Shown: piece by piece, positions 12,004-22,738 of the stretch
How the letters are laid out: each line of letters opens with the position of its first letter
Numbering within the stretch: position 1 is the stretch's first letter
Assembly: GCA_038131935.1 (NCBI GenBank)
Contig: JAYPQH010000024.1
Span: 1 to 34,137, forward strand
DNA: 34,137 bases
Direction of reading: 5' to 3'
From: Alphaproteobacteria bacterium
GTDB lineage: Bacteria; Pseudomonadota; Alphaproteobacteria; UBA8317
Notes under the pieces: model-generated
The model's input: only the letters and a program-made list of their open reading frames with translations
Told to the model about the DNA's origin: nothing
The model's database searches: none
Program-made: the position numbers and the translations under genes

Positions 12004-12635
12004 CTGATATCTCTAACAACATGCAATGGCGTTTGTGACTGGTTGATCAAATGATGAATAGGTAAGGATTGATCATGATGAGCCTGCATAAAAACCTGTT
12101 CTTTACTTGTTGAGGAAAGCACAAGATATATGTCTCGACTTTGTAAAATAAGGGCCAAGTTCATGGTGATACGACCCACAAGAGGATCCCCAGCTGGCTC
12201 TGTGGTGACAATATTGGGAGATGCGCTGGGACTAATAAGGGCTGGATTGTCGAGCATATGCGGAAAGATTGACGCAAAATGCCCATCAGGCCCCATACCC
12301 ATGATGATGACATCAAACGGTTTATCTATATCAAGAATCAATTTCTGATGGTTTTGCAGTGGTATGAACTGTGCCCGTTGGGCGTGGTTTCTCAAAAATA
12401 CTTCACGAACAAAAAATTCATTGCTGATCGGATCCAGAGCGTCCACAAGTCGATCATCGATCAATATGACCTGAATGCGACTCCAAGGAAGATCTCGTTG
12501 ATTTAAGGCCTCAAGAAGTCGTACATGGCTTGTTCCGCCACTAACAACCATGGAAGCATGACCTTGCTTATCCACACGATCAGACAACAAAGATGCGATA
12601 TCATCTATCGCCTTCGACAAATCTAAATGCATCAT
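12000..12635 (-). CDS. pgl: 6-phosphogluconolactonase
   Basis: VSGGTS, DDRLV, SNE, MGMGPDGHFASIFP, RITM motifs; ATGA overlaps with zwf and edd. Confidence 0.92.
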   Translation of the reverse strand: MMHLDLSKAIDDIASLLSDRVDKQGHASMVVSGGTSHVRLLEALNQRDLPWSRIQVILIDDRLVDALDPISNEFFVREVFLRNHAQRAQFIPLQNHQKLILDIDKPFDVIIMGMGPDGHFASIFPHMLDNPALISPSASPNIVTTEPAGDPLVGRITMNLALILQSRDIYLVLSSTSKEQVFMQAHHDQSLPIHHLINQSQTPLHVVRDIR

Positions 12636-14074
12636 TGGTCCTGCCAAAAATGTTGCTGCATCATGAAAAAATCCGCTGGCATAGGTGGACCAGCTGAAGC
12701 CTGACGATAAAGAACAGGTGATACCTTAAATGTCTTTTGCAGCAATTTGTCTGTGAACGACCATGCCGCAACAACTTCATCAAACCTCATAAATAATGTT
12801 TGATTTCCACGCACGGTATCGAGCAATAGACGCTCATAAGCCGCAAGCGGAATGCTTTTATAGGATTCCTTAAAATTAAGCATCAGATCCGTTGGAAGGA
12901 CATTCATTCCACCTGGGCCAGGCTTCTTGGACATCATAGCCAACCTTATCCCTTCTTCAGGCTGTAGTTGAATAATCAATTTATTAGGAATGATATCACC
13001 ATGTGGCATACCAGAAAAAATATTGTGGGGTATCGACTTGAATCCAATAACAATTTCTGATCGCCGCTCATACATTCGTTTGCCGGTGCGAAGGTAAAAT
13101 GGTACCCCAGCCCATCGCCAATTATCAATAAATACACGCGTCGCAACAAAAGTTTCTGTCTGACTTTGTTTTCCAACCTCGCGTGAGTAACCCTCATACT
13201 GACCAAGCAGGACGTCTGAGGATACTGGATCTCTCAATGCATGAAGAACACGCAATTTTTCGTCTCTGACAGTGCCGGCTTGGAACTGACTTGGTGGCTC
13301 CATCGCCGTGAGACATAAAAGCTGCAGAAGATGGTTTTGTACCATATCTTTAATGGCGCCATATTGATCATAATAATCCGTGCGACCTTCTAGACCAACG
13401 CTTTCCAGTACAGAAATTTGCACAAAATCTATGTAAACATTGCGCCACAACGCCTCAAAAATTACATTTGCAAACCTTAAAACCATAAGGTTCTGAACGG
13501 TTTCTTTTCCTAAATAATGATTAATTCGGTAAATTTGTGTCTCAGGTACAATATCTCTTATTTTGGTGTTGATACGAATAGCTGAGAGTGTGTCACTGCC
13601 CAAAGGTTTTTCCACAACTATGCGCACATACTCAGTTTGCAGCTCTAATGATCCAATAAGTTCACAAGCATGTTCAAACAAAGTTGGTGAGATAGATAGA
13701 TAGAACAGCCTAACCCGACCTTCATCATTTTTTTGATGTAGCCAGGTGCGTAACTCTGAACGCCCGTCACCCGCCATAATGTCCAATTTAAGAAACGAAA
13801 ATAAAGACAAAAAATCTCGAACCTTTGACATTTGTTCCGCATCAAATTTTCCGGATTGCCTAAGTTCTTTTTGTCAATTGTTTTGAAAAACATCAACTTC
13901 TATCATACCGCGTGATACCACGAGTAAACGAGCGTCTTTGGACAACGACCCATTCAGCATTAAGTTGAAAAAGGATGGGTAGATTTTACGAAATGCCAGG
14001 TCGCCAGTGCCACCTAAAATCACATAGTCAAAACCAATATGTGCGGTTTCTGGATCAAGTTTTGTCATCACCAC
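12632..14074 (-). CDS. zwf: Glucose-6-phosphate 1-dehydrogenase (frameshift near ~13880)
   Basis: GGTGDLAFRK, EKPLG, RI(N)HYLGKE, DMVQNHLLQ, RWAGVPFYLRTGK, AYERLL. Confidence 0.93.
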
Positions 14075-14080
14075 ACCAAC

Positions 14081-16420
14081 CTAGTGCTGGCCAGGGCGAA
14101 GAGAGGCACGATGAAACCCATATCCCTCGACCACAACTTTCTCGCCTGTGCTAAACTTGACCGTTTTTTGGCCTTCCGTATGGTTGAATATCAAAGCCAA
14201 TCGCTTGCCATCTTTTTCAAAAACTTTGGAAAAAACATCATTGGCCGTAACATTTGTCACAGGATGTCCATCTTCGTTCAAATGATAAATCCAACTTCCC
14301 GTATGCGATTTCGTAGCGCCAAGCTCAACAGCTGCGTTGGGATCCCAACGTTTCAATGCCCCTTTGGCATCATACAAAGCCACATAACTTACCACGATAT
14401 CCTGCCAAATATCTCTTGGCGTTGCATAACCTGACCCATTTCTAAAGCGAACAAAGTCTTCATCCATTTCTTTGATGACTTCGTGCATGGCGTCAGGGTT
14501 TGTTCTGAGATAATAGCTAGCTCCAGTTACTGGCAATACGTTAATCATGCTGATTTCAACGGGGCTTTCCGTCCACCATGTAATGTGTGACAGCTTTCCT
14601 CCCCATACAATCGAAACAATACGGTGTGGGTACTGCGCAGGCCTGGTCATATTATACACATCAAACCAGTAATGTTTAATGGCTTGAAGTTCTGTGGTGT
14701 AAAGATAAATGCCTAAATCTCGTAGGGCATCATCCTGCGTTGCAACACCCCAAAGAATGAGACCAGCCCACGCGTTCATGGCCTCTGAAGATGATTCTTG
14801 GTTGCTACCATCAGCAGTTTGACCGGTGCCGGATGCCCAAGAATGTCCTTCAAATATATCGAACGTCCTCAGGAATGGATAACGTTCATCATTTCGATCC
14901 GCCGTGGCAACATCCTTAATCAACTCCCGTACCATGCCACCCCAATTCTCATGGCGAGCCCATTCTGGATCTCTCAGTGCAATCTGTGCTGCTGCAAAAA
15001 TCCAATATCCATAATGAAAATGGTGATCATTCATTTGCGTTACACTACCAAATTCATTTGGATAACCTAAGAGACTGCCTATGGTTTCATCGTAAATGAA
15101 TTGCCTATTATCTTTTTGTGCAAATGCATCTGAAAGGCGACTAGCCAATTGATTTTGAATATCTTTTTGTTGCTGAGCATCACCCAATTGTGTTGCCAAG
15201 CCCAATAGCTGACCTATACGTCCAAGCGATTTGCCCTGCCAATATGTTCCAGAACTTACAGCAGCGGTAAGGCTCTCTCGCTGCTGCATGTCTTCATCCC
15301 ATAGGGCTTTGACCAATTGCAATTCATCTTTACCTTGTGGCACCGGCACGAAAGGAAAAATACCTTGGAATGCATGCTGGGTCCGAAATTCATTAAGTTT
15401 GTATAGCTTCAACGGGCCACGTATTGATGTGTACTCACCCAACAACCGCTCATGACGAAGCAACATGTTGTCGTGCCAGTGATGAGGATACAAAGCCACC
15501 AAGGCAGACGTTTTGCGTGCCGAGACAAATTTATAGCTTGTTGTTACAATCGATGTTTCTTCATCAAAAGACCATGAAACTTTTGTATCATGAGGACCAT
15601 CCACATAAGCGCTGTCAAACAACTCAAGGAGCTCATGAACATCTGTCATCTGCTTACCAGGAAGGGCACCAACCATCACATCAAAGCCTTCACTAGGTGA
15701 AGCACCAGGTATTGTAATTGTAACAACGCGTTTTTGTTGCGCGACAACCGCCTCTTTAGGCACATAAACAAGGAATATGTTGCCGTAAACTTCGTATGCC
15801 AGTCGGCCCGCTATAGATAAATCCGGTAGATATTTTGCACGGATTCCTAGTTTGAGCTGCGCGAGATTTCCCCCAACAGTCATATGCACCATTGGACTTC
15901 CATGCGCGATGTTTGTTGAGATAAAATCCGATCCACGGCGCCAATCAAACCCGACACCCCAGTCTGAACTTTTTGTCAGGTAAGCACCGTCTCCTGCACC
16001 TGTAATGTCGTCTACACCTGCAGACAACCTTATGGCTGCCCTATGTGGAAAACGTACATCTTTATTGGGCCCTACGCTCCCTGTTTCTATAGCTTCAGGC
16101 TTACCGATTTCGACACCTTTTTTGGTCGCACGGATGGTTAATGGATGTGCGTGAAGGACGTTACTCCATTGATCAAAAATAATTGATGAATACCATTGAT
16201 TTGTTGGCGGCTTCCCTTGATATTGAGCATCCATGTACCGCGGCGTGGGAGGCTGCGCAAAGCCAGATGGGATCGACGTTCCCACAACACCTAGCCCAAA
16301 GTCCTTTGCCATCGCATCAGGAGAGGACGCTAGCAAATGAATAAGCGTTGCGATCATAGCGAACGAAGCGCAAAAAAAGGCATCACAAAACTTGTAACCT
16401 TTAGAAACATTGGAAAACAT
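14081..16420 (-). CDS. GH81 endo-beta-1,3-glucanase with probable signal peptide
   Basis: PTNQWYSS, MNDHHFHYGY, GHSWASG and NQESSSEA (GH81 signature). Hydrophobic N-terminus ending AMA. Start codon uncertain. Confidence 0.9.
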   Translation of the reverse strand: MFSNVSKGYKFCDAFFCASFAMIATLIHLLASSPDAMAKDFGLGVVGTSIPSGFAQPPTPRYMDAQYQGKPPTNQWYSSIIFDQWSNVLHAHPLTIRATKKGVEIGKPEAIETGSVGPNKDVRFPHRAAIRLSAGVDDITGAGDGAYLTKSSDWGVGFDWRRGSDFISTNIAHGSPMVHMTVGGNLAQLKLGIRAKYLPDLSIAGRLAYEVYGNIFLVYVPKEAVVAQQKRVVTITIPGASPSEGFDVMVGALPGKQMTDVHELLELFDSAYVDGPHDTKVSWSFDEETSIVTTSYKFVSARKTSALVALYPHHWHDNMLLRHERLLGEYTSIRGPLKLYKLNEFRTQHAFQGIFPFVPVPQGKDELQLVKALWDEDMQQRESLTAAVSSGTYWQGKSLGRIGQLLGLATQLGDAQQQKDIQNQLASRLSDAFAQKDNRQFIYDETIGSLLGYPNEFGSVTQMNDHHFHYGYWIFAAAQIALRDPEWARHENWGGMVRELIKDVATADRNDERYPFLRTFDIFEGHSWASGTGQTADGSNQESSSEAMNAWAGLILWGVATQDDALRDLGIYLYTTELQAIKHYWFDVYNMTRPAQYPHRIVSIVWGGKLSHITWWTESPVEISMINVLPVTGASYYLRTNPDAMHEVIKEMDEDFVRFRNGSGYATPRDIWQDIVVSYVALYDAKGALKRWDPNAAVELGATKSHTGSWIYHLNEDGHPVTNVTANDVFSKVFEKDGKRLALIFNHTEGQKTVKFSTGEKVVVEGYGFHRASLRPGQH

Positions 16421-17108
16421 CTGGTTCCTCCAACGCATTTTTGCGCCAAACGACATTGTCAAAACTGAAGGAGACTTTACCCGATGTTGTCACCAGAAAA
16501 GGAGAATTAATATTGTCCAGTTGCGCACCAGTGGCTGCAAAACATTCAATGGGTACTTTTAACGTAAAACGCTTTTCAAGAGCTGCATCCATTAAAGGAC
16601 GGGTAATGTTTGCTGTTCCATGACATGGCCAACCACAGTCAAGCCGCAAAATAACATTATCGGTTGGGTATTCATGAACAATCATATCAACAGACAAAAC
16701 ACCTTCTTCCTCAAGAAAGTCTTCCAAATCTACAAACCGCTTGGTTTGCAAATATACCTGCCCCAGCCCTTTAAATGAGACCCTGTAAACTCTTTCACCT
16801 GGAAATTCTTCATTTCGCACCAATTGCACTGCACCGAGATTCTTACCGCGATGTTTAACTTTCTGGAGCCAATTATTTTGGACACCCGCATAAAGTTTAG
16901 CGCCAGACATTGGGCCACCTTGATAAAACACTTTCTCAGAGACTGCAGTTAGCTGTGATGCCTCATGGCGCATATTTTCTACCGTTTCGAACTGATCAAG
17001 TTGTGCACAACCGGTTGCGAAAACCAAAGAACCAACAGCAAAAAATTTTGTGCGCACAATGCTACCGAATGCACCAAAACCAAGGTACGAAAAAAATTTA
17101 TACATCAT
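16401..17108 (-). CDS. Lipoprotein with a stand-alone ExoP C-terminal-like (galactose-binding-like) domain
   Basis: AAGGAGG RBS; lipobox-like VFATG-C. LRLDCGWPC...LKVPIECFAATGA..NINSPF resembles the C-terminal domain of ExoP-type GH3 glucanases. Confidence 0.65.
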   Translation of the reverse strand: MMYKFFSYLGFGAFGSIVRTKFFAVGSLVFATGCAQLDQFETVENMRHEASQLTAVSEKVFYQGGPMSGAKLYAGVQNNWLQKVKHRGKNLGAVQLVRNEEFPGERVYRVSFKGLGQVYLQTKRFVDLEDFLEEEGVLSVDMIVHEYPTDNVILRLDCGWPCHGTANITRPLMDAALEKRFTLKVPIECFAATGAQLDNINSPFLVTTSGKVSFSFDNVVWRKNALEEPDVFQCF

Positions 17109-17120
17109 GCCTCCTTGCAA

Positions 17121-17134
17121 TGTAAGCGCTTACA
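17121..17134. promoter_or_regulatory. LacI-family operator (perfect palindrome) in the divergent promoter region
   Basis: TGTAAGCGCTTACA between the leftward operon and the lacI-family gene. Confidence 0.85.
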
Positions 17135-17208
17135 AGTTATTGTTTTCCGATAATCATGTCAACGCAGTATCCTGTCTTTTTCCACTTTGCTCTCTGAAAT
17201 CCAAACCT

Positions 17209-18243
17209 ATGCAGAAAAAAAACACAGCCAACAGCTCGAACACTCATCGCTACAACATCACCGATGTGGCAAAACACGCGAAAGTATCTACCGCAACCGT
17301 ATCACGCTATCTCAACAAAAGCGCAATTATATCCGATCTCAAAGCAAGTGCTATCAAAGCTGCAATTAAAGAACTAAATTATCACCCAAATCGAGCAGCT
17401 TCGCGTCTAGCAGGCGGCTCTTCAAAAACCATCGCCGTCGTTACTCAATGTTTTGATAGCCCATTCTTTGGTGATGGACATCGAGGTATTGGCAACGCAT
17501 GCGACGAATTGGGATTTACGCCAATTTTCCTTGCTGCGAATTGGGATGTAAACCGTGAACGCCACATCATGAAAGAGTTAGACGCCCACTCCATCGACGG
17601 GGTGCTGTATTTCTTTGGGCAACTTCAAAATCCTGATGCATATTTTACAAATATGGGCATTCCCTATCTCATCATGCACGGCTCACCAACCAGACAAACA
17701 GAAAATGAATTGCAGTTTGACAACTATGGTGGTGGCCAATTGGCAGGCCAGTACCTCATTGAAGAGGGTCATCGGCAATTTTGGTACATGAAAGGCCTGA
17801 GTACACATCCTGATGCAGAAGAGCGTTTTAGGGGCTTTCATGACGCTGTTTATAACAGCAAGCATGCTTGTCATATTGATGTACTTGAGGGTGATTTTAC
17901 GGAGAAGAGCGGTTACGAACTAGGCCTAAATATATTAACCAGATCAGGCACCAACAGCGCTACGGCTGTGGCGTTCGCAAACGATCAAATGGCAATTGGT
18001 TTTCTTCTTGCCGCTCACGAGCGGGGCGTTTCAATACCAGGAGATTTGTCCATTATAGGATTTGATAATGTCATCGCCTCTGAATTTTGCATCCCTCCAT
18101 TAACGACCATCGACCATGATATTGAAACTGTTGGTTATCACGCCACCAAAACGCTTTTGACGAATATTCTGGGTGAAAAACAGACTGGGCAGCCACCTCG
18201 CCCAAAACTTATAAAACGAAAATCTGTTACATCAATTAGCTGA
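17209..18243 (+). CDS. LacI-family transcriptional regulator
   Basis: HTH ITDVAKHAKVSTATVSRYLN, hinge YHPNRAASRL, ANDQMAIG, IIGFDN, PPLTTI. Confidence 0.95.
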   Translation: MQKKNTANSSNTHRYNITDVAKHAKVSTATVSRYLNKSAIISDLKASAIKAAIKELNYHPNRAASRLAGGSSKTIAVVTQCFDSPFFGDGHRGIGNACDELGFTPIFLAANWDVNRERHIMKELDAHSIDGVLYFFGQLQNPDAYFTNMGIPYLIMHGSPTRQTENELQFDNYGGGQLAGQYLIEEGHRQFWYMKGLSTHPDAEERFRGFHDAVYNSKHACHIDVLEGDFTEKSGYELGLNILTRSGTNSATAVAFANDQMAIGFLLAAHERGVSIPGDLSIIGFDNVIASEFCIPPLTTIDHDIETVGYHATKTLLTNILGEKQTGQPPRPKLIKRKSVTSIS

Positions 18244-18274
18244 ACACCAAACCAGCCGCACTTGCAACGAGCAA

Positions 18275-18288
18275 TGAAAGCGCTTACA
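18275..18288. promoter_or_regulatory. LacI-family operator upstream of the ABC operon
   Basis: TGAAAGCGCTTACA, 43 bp before the SBP start. Confidence 0.85.
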
Positions 18289-18331
18289 AATACCATTCAC
18301 GCAATTTTTATCAAATGCATTGAGGCTGACT

Positions 18332-19589
18332 ATGATGACGCGACTTATAAATTTGGTACTGTTCGCTTTGTTTCTGACACTACCGTTTGGCGCATCAGCG
18401 TCGGACAAAGTGGTGTTAAGAGTTTCTGCCTTTCCAGCAATTGATAAAATTATTGCCGACGCGCTTCCAACATTTTACGAGCGCTTTCCAAACGTGGAAG
18501 TTAAAATCACCTCTCGATCTTATGGTGACCATCACACGGCTTTAACCACAGCACTTGCCGCATCCTCAAACCTTCCAGACCTTGTTGCGGTTGAACAAGG
18601 CTATTTAGGACGATTTGCCCGCGGAAAAGGACTTACCAATCTTTCAGAACAGCCTTTTTCAGCAAACGAATTTAAGGACCTTTTTGTCTCTTATACGTTT
18701 CAACAAGCGCAAGGGCTAAAAGGACATTTGATGGGTATTCCCACCGATATAGGCCCTGGTTCACTGTTTTATCGGCATGATATTTTTGATGCATCTGGGG
18801 TTTCAATCGATCAAGCTATTTCTTCTTGGAGCGCTTTCGTAGACGCTGGTATTACCATTAAAAAAACGACTGGGTCCTACCTGCTCGCGCATGCAAGAGA
18901 TCTGAAAGATATTGTAATTCGCTCCAATATTCCACCAGGTGAAGGCATCTATTTTGATGACCAAGGCAATTCTCTGGTCCAAAGCCCTCGGTTCGTACGT
19001 GCGTTTGAGCTTGCACTCAAAGCAAGAGAGGCCGGAATTGATGCCAAAATTGGCGCTTGGTCAAATGAATGGGCAGAGGGATTCCGTCGTGGTGAACTTG
19101 CCACCCAAATGATGGGGGCGTGGCTTGGTGGACACCTACAGAATTGGTTGGCACCAAATACGAGTGGAAAATGGCGCGTTTCTCATCTACCAAATGGCGC
19201 CTATGCATCTTGGGGAGGCACCTTTTACGCCATACCCGACAAAGCAACACATAAAGAGTTGGCCTTCGAGTTGATCAAACATCTGACATTGCAAAAAGAG
19301 CAACAGTCACGAGCATTTCAGGAACAAGATGCTTTCCCTGCACTTTTGGCTGCACATGATGCTGAATTTTTCACAAAAAAATTACCTTTTTTTGGCAATC
19401 AGGCACCTAGAATTTTATGGCGCGATATCGCAGCACAGATACCCTATATCCCTGTGGATCAATATGATCCCATCGCCGAAGAAATCGTTAACGTGGCCCT
19501 TGATGATGTCCCTCAATGGGGGTGTGAGTGTGAGCCAAGCGTTAGCCCAAGCCCATCGACTCATAAAAAGAAGAGCACGTCGTCGATGA
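18332..19589 (+). CDS. CUT1 sugar ABC transporter substrate-binding protein (frameshift near ~19510)
   Basis: Signal peptide ending ASA; GIPTDIGP..FYRHD, WGGTFYAIP. The C-terminus (VSQALAQAHRLIKRRARRR*) is in the 19329..19589 frame and overlaps the permease ATG (ATGA). Confidence 0.88.
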
Positions 19590-20527
19590 GCAATCTCAGA
19601 ATCTTTTTGCAAAAACGCGCCCTTGATGGTGGGCTTTGGCCATATGTTTTTCTTGCCCCCTTTTTTTTACTGTTTGGTATTTTTGGGTTATTTCCACTGA
19701 TATTTTCATTCTTCCTAGCCTTTCAATATTGGGATCCAGCATCAGGTCTATCAGGGATGGAATTTGTTGGATTTGAGAATTTTTCCTTCACAATTACAGA
19801 TCCTTGGTTCTGGAAATCCCTTAAAAACACATTATGGCTCTCGATTCTATCGGGCTTGCCACAGCATATGGTGGCCATTCCTTTGGCTTATGGGATTCAT
19901 ATGCTTTTGCGCCGCACACGTAATATTGTCATTGGGGCATATTTTTTGCCCTATATTACGTCGACTGTTGCGATATCAATCATGTTCACGTCTTTGTTTT
20001 CTAAAGATTATGGCATGATCAACAGCGCCATTTATCAGCTCAACAATATTCCACTCCTCAATAACTTGCTCCCACAAGAGCATATTGATTGGTTGGGTAA
20101 AGCTGAAAATGTACAACCATCTATTGCTCTGGTGGTTTTCTGGAGGTTCGTAGGGTTCAACACCATTCTGTATTTGGCAGCACTACAATCTATTCCCCAT
20201 GATATGTATGAAGCGGCAAAAGTTGATGGTGCGAATGGATGGCAAAGGTTCCGTTACATAGTTTTACCGATGCTAAAACCCATGATGTATTTTGGTGTCA
20301 TCTTATCTGTCATTGGCGGCATGCAGCTTTTTGAGGAACCATTCGTCATAACAGGTGGTAGTGGTGGACCTGGACAAGCTGGCCTTACAACCGCGATGTA
20401 TATGTATAGAACAGCGTTTGAATTTAATGATTTTGGCATGGCCAGTGCCATGTCTTGGATCTTATTTATTGTCATGGCTGTGATCACAGCTTTTACCCAT
20501 TGGGCTTTCAGAGAACGTCATGTCTAA
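19586..20527 (+). CDS. Sugar ABC transporter permease (MalF/UgpA-like)
   Basis: YVFLAPFF, FVGFENF, EAA loop YEAAKVDGANGWQRFRYIVLP. Confidence 0.93.
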   Translation: MSNLRIFLQKRALDGGLWPYVFLAPFFLLFGIFGLFPLIFSFFLAFQYWDPASGLSGMEFVGFENFSFTITDPWFWKSLKNTLWLSILSGLPQHMVAIPLAYGIHMLLRRTRNIVIGAYFLPYITSTVAISIMFTSLFSKDYGMINSAIYQLNNIPLLNNLLPQEHIDWLGKAENVQPSIALVVFWRFVGFNTILYLAALQSIPHDMYEAAKVDGANGWQRFRYIVLPMLKPMMYFGVILSVIGGMQLFEEPFVITGGSGGPGQAGLTTAMYMYRTAFEFNDFGMASAMSWILFIVMAVITAFTHWAFRERHV

Positions 20528-21357
20528 GAAGATCCAGGAGTCAAATATCACACAGAAGGTAATGGCCTATGCCTTGATCGCTAGCGGTGCTCTGGTCATG
20601 CTCCTACCTTTCTATTTTATGTTTGTTTTCGCGACCCATGAACGCGCAGATATATTTTCCATGCCTCCACCAACATTTTTTGGTGTCGCTATTTTTGAAA
20701 ACCTGGAAAATTTATTTTCCAAAGTACCGTTCTTACGAAACGCTGCATTGAGCCTTTACGTGGCCATAATGAGTACAGCTCTATCCTTGGTATTCTGCAC
20801 CATGGGGGATATGCGTTTGCTTTTTGAATTCCCAGGAAAAAAAACAGCTGTTTGCCCTTGTGTTGGGAACAATGTTGCTTCCATCATTTTTAGGGATGAT
20901 CCCCACATTCATGATTATGGATACCTTGGGTTGGCTTGACCAGCCACGCGCTCTTTACATTCCTGGGGCAGCAGGTGCGTTTGGGATTTTCCTTATGCGC
21001 CAATATATTTCATCAGCTATCCCCAAGGAAATTATTCAATCTGCACGTGTTGATGGGGCTGGCGAATTACGGATTTTATTCACGATTGTTTTCCCATTAG
21101 CAGGACCAGCCTTAGGAACATTAGGCATTGTTACTTTTGTTGCCTCGATGAATAATTTTATCGCACCTTTGATTGTGATGAGAACACCTGAGATGTATAC
21201 AATACCTCTCGCTCTTCGCTCATTGCAAAGTCCCGTGGATACGCCGTGGGGTGCCATCATGGCTGGATCGGCCATCGCAACACTTCCACTTATCATCATT
21301 TTTATATTTTTCTCCCAAAAAATCATCAGCGGCCTCACAACTGGCGCCGTTAAATAA
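20520..21357 (+). CDS. Sugar ABC transporter permease (MalG/UgpE-like), frameshifted ~20805-20850
   Basis: ORFs 20520..20939 and 20824..21357; FGIFLMRQY, IIQSARVDGA, C-terminal GLTTGAVK. Confidence 0.9.
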
Positions 21358-21370
21358 GGAATACGACTTT

Positions 21371-22678
21371 ATGAACAAACGTACTTTTCCAAGCAATTTT
21401 GTATGGGGCACAGCAACCAGTTCCTTCCAAATTGAAGGACATCATGCGGACCAGGGTCGTGGACCATGCATTTGGCAGACTTTTTGTGAAAAAGACGGGG
21501 TTATCGCAGACCATTCAAATGGTGAAATTGCATGTAATCATATCGAACTTGTTGAGACTGATCTTGATATGATCAAGAGCTTAGGGGTTGATGCTTATCG
21601 CTTCTCCATATCTTGGCCAAGGATATTTCCCCAAGGAACAGGTCCCATCAACGAAAAGGGTGTCCTGTTTTATAAAAACCTCATTAAGGGATTAACGGAT
21701 CGTGGAATCAAACCCTATGTAACACTAAACCATTGGGATCTACCCCAAGCGCTACAAGACCAAGGCGGTTGGGAGAATAGAGATACATGCTTGGCATTTG
21801 ATCAGTATGCTGATTTTGTCGCCAATGAATTAAGTGAAGGTGTGGTGAGTATTACCACACATAACGAGCCATGGGTAATGGCCATACTTGGGTATGAGCA
21901 AGGTATCTTCGCTCCAGGGATTAAGTCGCGGAAATCGGCATATCGTGCGGTTCATCATCTTTTGCTTAGTCATGGAATGGCTGTCCGAACAATTAAAAAA
22001 CGGTTGCCTGATATGGATGTGGGTATCGTTCTCAACCTATCCCCGATTGAACCGCTTAATGATACGCCGGAAGATCATGCACGAGCCTATTTGGATGATG
22101 GCTATATATGTCGGATGTATATGGATCCACTTATATACGGACATTATCCCAAAGACGTCATAGAGGATTTGGGTGACGATGCACCCCCGGTCCAAGAAGG
22201 CGACTTAGCCATCATCAACATGCCGATCGATTTTGTGGGTGTTAATTATTATACACGTAACTATTCAACAATTGGAAATCCTTGGGACCCAATAAAGCAG
22301 GGGAAGAAAGTGACGGCCATGGGTTGGGAAGTATACCCCAAAGGACTTGAGGAACTTTTATGTCGCCTGAGCAAAGATTATCCTGATGTTCCTTACTTGG
22401 TCACCGAAAATGGTGCCGCTTTCGATGATGTAATCACACAGAATGGCATTCAAGATACGGAACGTAGGGAATATATCTCAGATCATATTCAAGCGGTTTC
22501 AGATGCTATCGCCAAGGGTGCGGATGTCCGAGGATATTTTCTTTGGTCATTCATGGATAACTTCGAGTGGGCATCAGGCTATACAAAACGATTTGGTATT
22601 GTTCATGTTGACTTTCAAACACAAGAACGGACGTTGAAAGACAGTGCATACTGGTACCAGAGCTTTTTAAAGTCATGA
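21371..22678 (+). CDS. GH1 beta-glucosidase (cytoplasmic)
   Basis: FPSNFVWGTATSSFQIEG, YRFSISWPR, acid/base HNEP, nucleophile VTENG, DNFEW. Confidence 0.95.
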   Translation: MNKRTFPSNFVWGTATSSFQIEGHHADQGRGPCIWQTFCEKDGVIADHSNGEIACNHIELVETDLDMIKSLGVDAYRFSISWPRIFPQGTGPINEKGVLFYKNLIKGLTDRGIKPYVTLNHWDLPQALQDQGGWENRDTCLAFDQYADFVANELSEGVVSITTHNEPWVMAILGYEQGIFAPGIKSRKSAYRAVHHLLLSHGMAVRTIKKRLPDMDVGIVLNLSPIEPLNDTPEDHARAYLDDGYICRMYMDPLIYGHYPKDVIEDLGDDAPPVQEGDLAIINMPIDFVGVNYYTRNYSTIGNPWDPIKQGKKVTAMGWEVYPKGLEELLCRLSKDYPDVPYLVTENGAAFDDVITQNGIQDTERREYISDHIQAVSDAIAKGADVRGYFLWSFMDNFEWASGYTKRFGIVHVDFQTQERTLKDSAYWYQSFLKS

Positions 22679-22712
22679 GTTTCAAGATGTCACTCATTAT
22701 GTTAAGTATTTC

Positions 22713-22726
22713 TGAAAGCGCTTTCA
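22713..22726. promoter_or_regulatory. LacI-family operator upstream of the porin
   Basis: (C)TGAAAGCGCTTTCA(G) perfect palindrome immediately before the RBS. Confidence 0.85.
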
Positions 22727-22738
22727 GGCGGGGGCAAT

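Noticed and set aside
18320-20527. 735-aa apparent SBP-permease fusion
   Set aside because: A single indel near 19510 explains it. The natural SBP C-terminus is in another frame and ends in an ATGA overlap with the permease start.
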